From positions 7,936,001 through 8,000,000 of the forward strand of contig OZ004607.1 in assembly GCA_963924565.1 (NCBI GenBank): a stretch of DNA of 64,000 nucleotides, read 5' to 3'. The stretch's first letter is position 1. Each line of letters starts with the position of its first letter. Of the stretch, positions 48,249 through 60,130 are shown piece by piece. The notes under the pieces are model-generated. The model worked only from the letters and a program-made list of their open reading frames with translations. It was not told the origin of the DNA and did not search any database. Origin of the DNA: Ascidiella aspersa. Its lineage: Eukaryota. A program made the position numbers and the translations under genes.

Positions 48249-51200
48249 GTAGGTGTTGTGATTTTACTTTTTTGTTACCCTAAATTTTGTTTTTTGAGTC
48301 ATTTGTTAGCATTTTACCCTAAATTTCCAAGTTTTAGGTCGTTTTTAAAGTGTGTTTGCCGTAAAAAACAAGTGTAGTTGGTTTCTTAATGTTATTGACA
48401 CTACAGTCTTAGTTTTAGATTAAAAGTATTTCAAAAATTATCTGAGTTATTATAACTTGGGGGCCAAAAAATTGTACAGGATTCTCTTCGCTTTATATTA
48501 GCGACCTTCATTGTGTAGTGATCGACCAAAACTGGATTTATCACTGGTATGTAGCCGTAACTGACAAATTTAAAAATCAAAACAAGGTCGACGCTGCCAC
48601 AGAACAAATTTAACAAAAAAAAAGTAAGAGTTGTTTTTATTCGCTTTGCTACTTGGTATGGCGCCCTTGCTTACTTGCTGTGGCTTAAAGTGTTGTGAAA
48701 AGTTGACACTGATTTTCTTAACGGCTAATACGATTACACACTTCAGAACTACTCAGTTCAAAACACCATATGAAATTAACTGCACAACATCAAAAACCCC
48801 TTGTTAGCAGGGTGGAAATAAAAACGCTTGAAAAAAAAACAAATCGCTATTAGAAATTAAAATCCTTATTTTCTACAAGATATGCGAAATATTTTTGGGC
48901 GGCCGCCTAATCGTTTTCTAAGTTTTTATAGTTAATTATTAAAACTAGATTTTTTCTGATAAATAAAAATAACTTTCCGGAGTTCTTAAAGAAAAGTATT
49001 ATGTGAACCCAACAGGTTGAGTTCAAGGTATTTTTTATATGTGAACCTATAGAAGCATTTCGGAATTGCCTAATTTGCGATTTAGGCTTAAAACAAAGCA
49101 TCATAAAAAATATCACATCCGTTGTTAGTTGAAAAATAATTACAGTTGTTTATTCGTATTTGTAATTTGTTTCACTGCGGTTAAAAATAGTTACCCACTA
49201 GCCATGAAAAACAACTTTGATAAACCTGGGCTACTTATAATAACATAACGACGAATTTTTACTATAAAGATTTAAGTCCTGTCTAGCATATCGATAGTTA
49301 TTTGCTGGAATCATAATAAAAGTTATTTCCCCTTATAAAAATGGCACAGAATAGAAAACGTCTTGCAGTAAAATTTAATGCACTTCCCTTTACATTTTGC
49401 CTTTGCGTTGTACGACTTATTGATATCTTTAATATCCAAGGGTTGATTTTAATAAATGGCGCAGAAATGAAAATGGCAACGGTAAATAATAACATTGGCA
49501 TCGTTTCAAAATGGTCGTTTAAAGAGCCTAAAACCAAGATTGACTATTAGTTTCGTTCAGTAATGTTCAGCCAAAATTTGTAGGCAACTCTCACGCGGTA
49601 ACATGTTTTTTTGTCACACTTTGCGGGACAAAGTTTTCAGGTGGCGAAGTTTTAATCTGTCGTTAAAAGTGTTTTCCCGTGTAAGACGTTCTCACGCTCT
49701 CAAATCGGCCCGGCCAAAGTGGGCAGCGTTATTAATCCCCCATTTGCGAAACCCAATAATTAGGGGGGGGGCGGTCTTAAGTTGTCGAATCAACGACAAA
49801 GTGATATAACGCATTACGACGACCGGTACGCGAAAGCGCTGGTAATAATCCGTCCGTGCACGAAAGTGGAAGCACTACTAGCAGCCAAGCATTAACAGGC
49901 CTCTAATTACTGGACTGGACAAAGACAAATAGACTCGCGTGCCCGACGACTTGTTGTCTTAAAGGGCGACCTCGCTAAAGTAATGGACCCCATCCGACTT
50001 GGACGCGTGTTGGATTAATCCACAAATTGCAGGCTCGGAAATGGGAATCGCTCATCGCCGCGTTATTACTGAGTTGCGACGCGTGGCGGTTTTTCGCCGG
50101 GCGCACTTTAAAATGCGTTAAAATCCTGTGACTGCATGGTTATTACAAGCTTGTCCCACTTGAGAGTAACTGCAATTCGAAAGTACAAATTGTACGTTGT
50201 AAAATTAGACAAGCTTTCGCACAAGCGAACTTCATCAGCTCAAAGTGACAAACAAGGTTCCCCAGAGACTTAATTATGCAATTGGCCGGTAACAGTGTCA
50301 CTCTATTAACGTTTCTATTAAGGCAAATACAACACAAGTTTAAATTAAAATACATTGATCTGCTTTTAATAAATTACTTCTAAAAATTGTATCCCTGTAA
50401 ATAATTCGAACAGTTACCTTAGTTAAGCAGAGCTATTTATTTTTAACATAAACTTGGGCCGTATCGCAAGTTAAAAAAAAATATTAGTCAAGTTACATTC
50501 ATGACAGATCTGTTGCATTAATATAGTCAATTTTATCAATGCGACTGTATTTAATAACCAGCACTTTGCATTTAGGCTTGAAAACACGGGCTATAGCACT
50601 TTTAATATTTATTCGTCGCACACAATCTCCATTCGCGGCAACCAGCTTCAAAGCATTTTAGTTTTCCATTTGGAAATTCCGTCAAAGTCAGCAGCAACCC
50701 ACTTTTTTTTGAGCGATTAAATTTTCACCCGCGGTCTCATCGTCGTCGGTCGGCCATGAAATATTTATCGGCATAACAGTTTAGAACCAAAACCAAAACC
50801 CGGCTGAGGCGGCAAGTCGGTTAGTGCCGGGCGCTGATTGCACATCTGCGATCTATTATTTATCGCCACGCGTTCTCCAAGTAACATAAATAGGTAGAGG
50901 TCAGCGCCATAACCGTTGCCGCGCGGTCCGCCCGTTGTACTTCTTGGCCAGCGACCAGCCCGGCAAAAAGTCACGCAGTCAAATTGCGAGATATTATCTG
51001 GCCAAGACTGCGGGGCCGACCTATCCTCGGCCGCCTAATCTCGGCCATTTTTGTTATCGCTTCGCATTGCAACTTTCTGCCAAATTGCTTGAAGTTTATT
51101 AAAATTTAAACTAGCGGTTACTTGTTATCCGCTGCCGTGGTTGCGACTACTTTTGACTTGCATCATGACATCTGTGAAATTAAGTAGATCAAAGCGGCGA

Positions 51201-54200
51201 TAAAAACCTTATTTCTTTAGGTAGACTGTATTAACCTTACTAGGACTGTTGTTTATTTGGCTGCAGTGCCCAGTAATGTGAAATTTACGACCACCAAATA
51301 AGAGAAAAGCGAACGCCCGTGTCTTACATTCAGCAGTGCTCGTAAATACAGTTGTCGTAACCAGTTTTACTACAACTGACTCCAAGTCAAACGCTCAACG
51401 TGTTCATGCCGCAATCACTGGAGGTGGGTTGTTTTTGGGTTTGGGGTGATGTGTAAGCTTGTTAGGGTTCCGGGTCGCTAACCAGCCGCCCTTGGCCATC
51501 CAAGCCGAAGCAAGTAGATTTACGCACAGTTTCCCTCAAACTTGTCTGAAATCGAAAAGGAACAAACAAGGTGGTTTCTGGCTGTACAGCGAAATCTTGT
51601 TAAGACGTTTTAAAAAAAAACTAAATAGTGTAAAAAGTTTGAAAAAACAATTCCCCCAGCCTGCAAAAACGCTAAAAAATGGCCAGGACCACTTATGTGA
51701 GTGAGATTTGCAAACCATATAGACAACCTTAAGCTGCAGTTTTATCGCACGACGTACGACGATGATTAATGCCACGAAGCGACCACAGCAACGTAAATGA
51801 CTGGCTCCGGTCCCGATCCAATCTCGGGCTGGATCCTGGCTACGTCATCGGTCACGTGACCCGAAAAACGACGACGTGAGGTCACGTGACACCGGGGACC
51901 GGCTCGTCGCCCTTAAACCGAATTAGCCGCAATAGAAATCGTGGCCGGTTTTCATGGACTTTTTCGCACGCGCCCCCCAAGAGGGATCCCATAAATTATG
52001 CGCTAATTCATCGATCGCCTACAACGTACACACGTTGAGGCCGGGGTGTCCCGCTTATACGCAAGCCCTTCTGCTAAGTGAATTAGGCGACCGAGCGTAC
52101 TGTACGCCGGCGGTGCTATGGGCATAAGGGACAGTGGCACGCAGCCGGTCTGCGTAAAATAGCAGCAGCAGTCAGGCGATTTGCCCAAGCCCGTGGAACC
52201 TCTGGATTCGCTGCTATAATAAACTGTTCTAAACTAGGGGTATTGGAAACTTTTGCTTGTGGGTATCTGCGTTGCTGGACTCTATCTTCTACTTTTCCCA
52301 TATTTTTAGCCACTTTGATATAACAAATATGGGGCGACTTTGTTTTTTTCCCTTTTTACGGCACATTTGTGTTCAAATTTATCGGATACCTTTGTCTTTA
52401 CCATTATTTTGTAATTTTTAGGTTGGTGATATATACTAGAATTGCTTGCTATTGCTTTATGCGTGGCGTCTTTTTTCTTTTGCGTTACTTTAAAAGACGC
52501 GCCTTGGCGTTATAAACCTTTTGCAGCGGAAAAACGTCAATCAAGCCAGGTTGAAAGGCTCAGACGCATGACAACGTACTATACCGCAAAACAAAACGGC
52601 CCCCAAGCGTCTGATTTCGTGCCAAACATAACAAAACGAAGACAGCTTGCCCAAAATGGCGGCCACATTCTCTCCCCGGGCGATAGCAGTTCGATCGTTA
52701 CAATGCGCGGGTTGCCAGTCCGCCACCAGCTGTTTCAAACTGGAACGGAACACAAATGACTTAATCTCGACGTACATTGTGCGGCCGCCGGAGAGAGCTG
52801 CCTTTGCTCAGCGAGCCCGTGACGTAACCAGTACGTGACGTAGCCCAGACCGGGGTTAAAATTATCTGCGCGCGGATTACTGCTTGGCGGGCGGCAGCTG
52901 AGAAGGCAGAGTTAGAGACGCGTCAATAATTTACAAACGATGCGAAACATGAAGCCGCGACGATTTAGCATCCCCGCCGCTGCTCGGCTGTTTACTGTAC
53001 CGGCCACTTTCTTCGCCTTGCCTGACGCCTGTTTCCCAGCACCCCTTGTGAAGTTTTCGCACGCCCGTCCCAAGATAAGGCGCCCGATTTGTCAATGAAC
53101 CAAAGGAAACCGTTGGGGTTATTTTTGGCCTCCGAAATTCGCGCACAAAGGCTCTCATTTTTTTATGTTTTCTCCAGCGCGACTCCAATTCAACCCGAAT
53201 AGAAAAATAAACTTTGCGGCCAATACGCTGTACTTAGATCCTATCTGTTTAAGCATTGGCCGTTTTGATGCCAACGCATGTGCTTTGCAAACCGGCAGTT
53301 GCCGCACCAATTGAATTCAGCCTTTTGGCAAATATCTGGTCGTTTGAGTTTAAAGGCGAGCTCGGGCGGATTAAATCGGCACCTTGCCAAAAGTAGGGGT
53401 TCACGGGTGGCGTGAGTCGCAAATTCTCCCCCTCTGAACGCATAATTTCTCGCTGAAAATAGCGCTCGCGTTTTAGCGACACCACGTGGTGGATTTCAGG
53501 CGCTTTGGTCAAAAAAACGCGGTGACTTGTTCTGTTATTACGAAAACACAACTCTAAATAAAGGCTTAAGATTGCAACAAGACGGACAAGACGCAAAAAC
53601 GCCTATATAAAGTAGAGGATATTTTTTTTACCGATTGGACTTTAGTAGTTCTTTTTAGTAGAAGTGGCGTAAGAGTTTTACAGAATTCAACTGAACACGT
53701 TTGATGTCCATTGGTGCTGAGTTTTAGCCGTGAGTAGCTACATGCCAGAGCACGTAACAATAATACGGCCGGCAACGGGTCAAAACATAAAAAGAGCTTT
53801 ATCATCTATTAAATAAAATGCTGCAAGTCGAACTTGTGGTAATTTTTAAGTTCATCATGTCCTACTTTCCTTATAGTCCTTAAAACACGACTACACTATG
53901 TTGATGCCATTATACCGTGTTTCACAGTTTCCAGCAGTATTGTAGTGGTTACAAGTCCTATTTAGGAAAAGTACACATCTGCCCTCGTCGGCTAATGTAC
54001 TTTCAATTTGCGCGAGCGGCGGCATATTGGTCGGACGGTCCGCGTGCCGCGTCGCCCGGGAATTACCGACGCGAGCGGTCCATTTACTTAGCGTTAAAGT
54101 GGCCGAAATCGAAATGCAACCGCGCAGAGTCCGATAACCAAGTTTCGACCCTCCTCTCCCCCCTCCCTGCTCTAGTCTACATGTTTTCCAAGCCCTCTGT

Positions 54201-57200
54201 TCATTATCGGGATTGAGTTTGCGCGTTGCAAATTACATGAGTGCCCTGGCGAAAGCGCGCGTGCCATTAATTGCCCGTCGCCACTTTAGGATTACACCTC
54301 CCCCTACTTTCCACTTTCCCGAAGAACGCGTGAGCGCTGTTACTTTCGTCTAGATTGGGAAAAAAACCTAAACTCTAGCCACTTCGTTGTTTGCTGAGCA
54401 GGCGGCGCGGGGTGAATTTGACAAGCAGTCGGCAACCTGAGACCCGGACGATTTGACTCAAGACCACAGAGAAGCTGACACCCTTTGCGCTGCCAATGCG
54501 AAATTGGTCAAAGTTTCAGACGCTTGGCGTCTGAAAAAACAATGCAAGAGAAATGCGTTAAGGCTTTAAATGCCAATACTTTCAACACACCTATGGGAAA
54601 TTCTCAAATCGCTTTTTCGTTTTTCGATTGGAAAATTATTTTATGGAATGAAAATGCCATGGAAATATTATTGCCTACAAACATGATTTTTTCCTTTAAT
54701 GAGTATCGTTTACATATCTAATTTAGTACTAGCATTATTCGTCAAAAGAACATAAAACTGACTAACAAGTTCTACAGAATATTTAAAATGGAGAATCTAG
54801 TGGTAACGTCACCTATTTATTTCAAATATGCAAACTATTTTTTTTAGTCCAGCTTTATTCCCATACACCTCTTCCCATAGTTCATTCCTGCTTGAGTACG
54901 ATAAGGTTTAACGGTATTTTAAAATGTCGCAAAAAGCTATAGTGCGTCGCTGCCGCATCTGGGACGACCGTAAAATCATACGGCGCACGAAATTATGCTT
55001 AAAAAAGAGGCCATTTTTAATAGGGAAGTTGTATAATTTACAGCAACCTTTTCAATGTGTCGCCGTGTTTATTCACTAAAAAGTCTAAATTTTTAATAAT
55101 CTTCTCCTGAAAAGTTAAATATCAGCTTGGTCTGTTTGTGCAGACAGGCTAAAATAAATCAACTTGATAACGTTTTTTCGACTTTTGGTTGACGTTTACC
55201 TGGACCGCATTCCTTTCCGTTCTGTCCCACCGTGGGATCCCGACATAGCTCGACCCACCCCGGTAATTAGTTTGTTTTGATTCGGCGCCGGGCTTCCAAC
55301 ACGTAAACTGCTCCTTTCGAAGCGCGTTTTTTTTTCGGCGAAAGTCGTTCACGGCTTGTGGCACGAAAAGACTGGGCGCCGCTCCCGCATTTCGTTTGCT
55401 TGCTTTTCGCGCGGTTGCCATTTTGAATGCGAGAGTCGATTGAAAATCACTTGCCCGAAGTTTTTGGGATTCTAACGCCAGAATTTTCCTTACAGTTTTG
55501 GTTGGGGAAATTGTTTGCTTTTGTTTTTTTTCTAAATGAGAAACAATACACCTAAACTTTAAAGTGGTAGAAAACATACTATATAGAAGTAGCTAAATAT
55601 GCCCCGTAATACTTGTTAAAAAACATCACGCGAACAGCTTATATTTTATTATTTAAAGAGCTTTTATATATTTTTAATCAATTTAATATTTTCTGTTCAA
55701 TTTATTTAAATCAGCAACTTTTTCTGAAATTTACTTTTAAGGCGTAAAGGACTGAGGCGGTAGGAAATATATGTGCAAAAAAGCTAACAGTCGAACATTT
55801 CTACATTTAGGTGACCCTATATTCACTGTTACCTAGAAGTGTATTCTTTTAATCGTTCGTGATTTCGCGGAAATACTAAAAAATCTTCACTTGGGAAACA
55901 TGGGGAGAGGCGAAAGCATTGCGGAAGCGAATGGCATCAGATAAAACTCTACAAGGCGGAAACTTCGGCTTTCTCGAGCGCAATAACCACAAAAAAGGTG
56001 AAATACGGCCAGTCGAAGGGACTCGGCTGAAAAAAAAATTCGCTTTTCGAACTTCTGGACTAGATAGATAGCAATCTGTCGACGTATGCCACATGGCAAT
56101 AAAGCGAATTTCGCGCGCCCAGCTCTGCGAATGGTAGAGGCAGAGCCCTATCGCCATCAGATAGAAGGGAAAATTGTACGTTCTCGGGCGCAAGGCCCCG
56201 TCGCCTCACCTGTGGTGCAGAGTGTGTTTGCGGGGCAGGAAAGGGGGGCGGCGGTTTTGTGACGCGTGAAAGCGGCATTGTTGCGCAATCGCGCGATAGG
56301 GTGAGGTTGGGTGGGTCATCGCAAAAAAACGCTTTCGGTCAATTTGGGGCCGAGTGGTGTGTTTCGAATGGGCCATTTTCTCAAATAACTTTTTTGATCA
56401 GTGCGCTCTGAGGTGGGTTGTTATTCCATTACAAAACAGCCTTAATCTATTAGTACTAGCAATTGCCCAAAGTCTAAAAACGGTTTTATAGCAAAGAAAA
56501 TTTCCGCTTGTTGTCTTTATTTTACCTCGCATATCCGTGGATAAAGTAGTGGTTCAAGTAGCAATTTCAACCGAACATAACGGCAACATCGTTAAATAAG
56601 GGGAATCGGTTTTACATTGGCGTATACACGAAGGACAGCTGTGCTAACAACGCTATGTAAAGCGTGTGTTGAGTAATCTGACGGATTACTTGCCAAGTAA
56701 CTATGCAGGAAAAGGCAAACACTACCTAACTTTGCTCTCTACCTACATAACCGCCTGTATATTAGTTTGAGTTGTATATAAATTGTCACAGAGTATATCT
56801 GAATCGCCAACACACACTATGAAAAGCAGAATGTTGAGCACCGTTACTTAATACTGCGTTTAGCAGTGATGAATCAATTAAAAAAATCTCGACAATACGA
56901 CTGGTCGTTCAACAGTGGCACCCGATTTCCAGGTTTAGAATTAAATAAATATCAACAAAAATTAATTGAATTGTTGTACATAAGCCCCCGTATATAGTGG
57001 CCCGAAAAGCATTTTGATCGTTTTTTTTAAATGTGCTGTTTTGGATTCTGTACGGGGTTTCCAAGTTATTTTTACGTCGTTCCGCAACCCACAGCCACCA
57101 TCAGCAACCATCTGAATGCTTTCAAGTTTCAATCACCAAGTCGTTCTAACTTTCTATTATAAGCCAGTCCCTTCAAGTTGTTTTCGCACTTTAGCGCGGA

Positions 57201-59862
57201 AACTCCAGCCGACAAAGATGATCCCACAATAAAGCGCAAAAGGCTCCCAACGAAAAAAGAGAAACAGACTCGTCTCCCTTTCTCCTGGAATCCTGCCATC
57301 TAGCGGATGACGGTGCATGCATAATAGCGACGCTTGCTCCCGCCGACCCCATTAAAGTTTAATGCGACTCGAACTGAAGTCGAAAGTTCGCCAGCGCGGC
57401 GGCCAGGGTGCAGATTTCGAGCGCCCGCGATAGTGCTGTGTGTGTATAGAAGGGGTCGCGGTTTTTTTAAGGCCCCAAGACCCCTTATTTTTTCGGCGCA
57501 GGTATCAATAATGGAACGTAATCTGAAAAATAGTTGGCGTGATAGCCAACGCCCGTCTGCAGAAACCGACAAAGTAGCAATTGGTCGAGCTCAAGCAAAA
57601 TTAGAATCGCGCCAAAACCGCAAATCGTCGGTTTTAAGCCGAAATGTGCATAACGCGGCGGGCAGCTGGCAACAGGCCCCAGCAGGGGGGGGTCAGAAAG
57701 GTCGGCCGTCCCGGGCCTTTAATGTGGCGCAATTGGGCGTCGTTAACATTCTGATCTTTTGTCGGCCGGCAGCACCTGTGCAGTTAGGCCGATAAAATCA
57801 TAACTCGCCCCCAAATTTTCGCCAGCGCTCGGCAACTGGCCATTCGAAACGACCGTTTGAAAATCGGCCGGCACCTTTCTTATTTCGATTGTAGAAGCAC
57901 TTATATCGCATTTTGACTCCAAGACGTAAAAACACGATTGCTGTGTTTAACCCAGAGTTGTAAATATTCACCAAAGCGTGAAATCGTGGCCCAAAAGTTG
58001 CCAGGGTAGCATTCAAACCTGGGCCGCGTTTGACAATACGCAGACGGCTCAAAAAATCGTTGCGCCAGCGAGAAAACGCGTCGGCGACTATTCGCGCTTG
58101 TTTGCGTTCGATGCAGACCGCGATACGCCATTAGCCCGTTTGCTTCGCGCGTCATTCCGAGTTCGGCCCGCGGTCGCAATATTTTCGTTGCAAGGCATTT
58201 TATCGCCACGTCATTTGCTATACACGCGCGACTTTTTGCGTGGCGAACGGCCAGACGAAAATTGGCGGGAAATAATGAAAAAAAAGGTTTTTGGTTTGGT
58301 TCGGCATTCGCGCCATGTTTTCAAGAAAATGTTCGCGAAACCGGTTTTGGAAACTTTCGCAGCAAGAAAAAAACGTAACATGTAATGCTTTATAAGTTGA
58401 GCAGTTTTTGTTAATTTTTTACCCAAATCCACGCAATCAATATTTTATCTTGGCCTAGCAAGATTAGCAAAAAAATGTGATATTTTCGAATAAACATTGT
58501 GCCATCTTTGTAAAATTGTGCTCTGTAATATAACTATAAATGGGCACGAATACATGTGACCTATAATTCCACTTAGTTTTGTCTAATTATTACTAAATTA
58601 GAGGTGTGCCAAATTTTGTTCAACGACCAAAAATCCAATTTGCTATTGGTAACTTGTCTACCAAATTCAGACGGCACGGACAGAGTCCAAAACCAGACGC
58701 ATTGAACACTAAAAAGCCAGTTCTGCATTGAATCAAGAATGCCGAGCGGTCCGCCTTTTAAAAGTAAAGGCGCCTAATTTCCAGATAACGAATCCAATAG
58801 CCGTGAGAGTATTGCAGCTTTCCAATAGGCGGCGGGGCTCCTATATTATGAGGTTCAATTACAGCATATGTCGCGCGCCCGCCCCCTTATCCACGCTACA
58901 ATGAAGTCGTTCTCGCGTACGATATTAGGTCCTTCCGGATTTGAATCGCACTCTTAATCGCGAATCAGCCGACAATCGGTTCTAATTATTCGCCCGACAC
59001 ACACAATCCGCTTTGCGTTTGCATGTGTGCGACTGACCGCGCAAAAGTCAGAAAGGTTCGATCCAGTAATCACGCCCGCGGCCGGTTGCTGTGCAAAAAA
59101 TCTGAAAAACTGTTCAAAGTAAAAGTTAGATTTTTATGTTTTCAGCCTCTTATTGAGCACTTGACAATAATGTGACGAGTTAAAACTTGAGTTGTTTGCA
59201 ATTAAAAGCTGCATAGTTTGTTAGGCGAAAACTTTGAATCTTGTACTTTTCAGGATCAAAAATGGTTGTGGTTATATAGGTTAGGAAAGTTTTACCGGAA
59301 CTTTAACCAAAACTGGTCTCCTAGTTTTTGAAATACTGCGGACTGGAAAATGCCACCAGCTGTAACATTACCACCATACGCCCGTCTTCTATTTAACGTT
59401 CAACGTGATAACTGTAAAAACAATTTAAAGGATTTTTTTCCCTGGACCAGTTAACAAATGAACTTAACAAAAACAACTCTAGTTATTGGCAGCCATATGC
59501 ATTATTCCTAATTCAACAAGTCTCCTTCGATTTTTACATCAAAGCTTGGTCTATTACTTCGGTTGTGGGACCCCAAATCAGGCAGAACAAAACTCCAAAA
59601 GTTATGCAACAACCTGTAAGCCGGACAAGTATCGAATGTCGCTTAAACATATGCATGTATTGCCTATTGCAGATCCTTGCCACATACCACTGTGCGTTGG
59701 ATGCGGGCTCCCAATCCACGACCAGTTCATCCTGCGTGTGGCGCCCAACCTCGAATGGCACGCCGGCTGTCTGAAGTGCGCTGACTGCGGCCAATACCTG
59801 GACGAGACTTGCACATGTTTCGTGCGCGACGGCAAGACCTACTGCAAGAGGGACTACACACG
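48191..59862 (+). CDS. Isl: Islet-class LIM-homeodomain transcription factor, 5'-portion only: join(48191-48248,59673-59862); continues beyond the window
   Basis: Spliced reading [86 protein letters not shown]1 is near-identical to the ISL1/ISL2 signature ([48 protein letters not shown]). Phase-1 intron of 11,424 bp. Confidence 0.9.
59673..59862 (+). CDS. Isl: Islet LIM1 exon (190 nt, phase 1-2)
   Basis: Acceptor attgcag|AT CCT, donor ACA CG|gtgagt; encodes a complete first LIM domain. Confidence 0.97.
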
Positions 59863-59912
59863 GTGAGTGAATGTAGATTGGTACAAGTTTACGGTTCTAC
59901 AGCTGCGAATAG

Positions 59913-60130
59913 GTGGCAGTAACGTTTTGTATTGTCAGTAGCAGTAACTTTTTGACTTGTCAGTGGCAGTCACTTTTTGTATTGTCAGTAGCAGTAACTT
60001 TTTGACTTGTCAGTGGCAGTCACTTTTTGACTTGTCAGTGGCAGTCACTTTTTGTAGTGTTAGTTATAGTCACTTTTGGTATTGTCAGTGGCAGTAACTT
60101 TTTATGTTGTCGCAGGCGGTCACTTTTTTG
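59913..60130. repeat. 25-bp minisatellite, 8-9 copies, in Islet intron just after the LIM1 exon
   Basis: Unit GT(G/A)GCAGT(C/A)ACTTTTTG(AC/TA)TTGTCA. Confidence 0.9.

Noticed and set aside
59486-59672. N-terminal part of the 126-aa ORF 59486-59866
   Set aside because: AT-rich intron read-through from a TTG; the real exon starts at the acceptor 59673 in phase with the 48248 donor
59913-60130. CRISPR-like regular repeats
   Set aside because: Head-to-tail units with no unique spacers; eukaryotic intron; no cas genes
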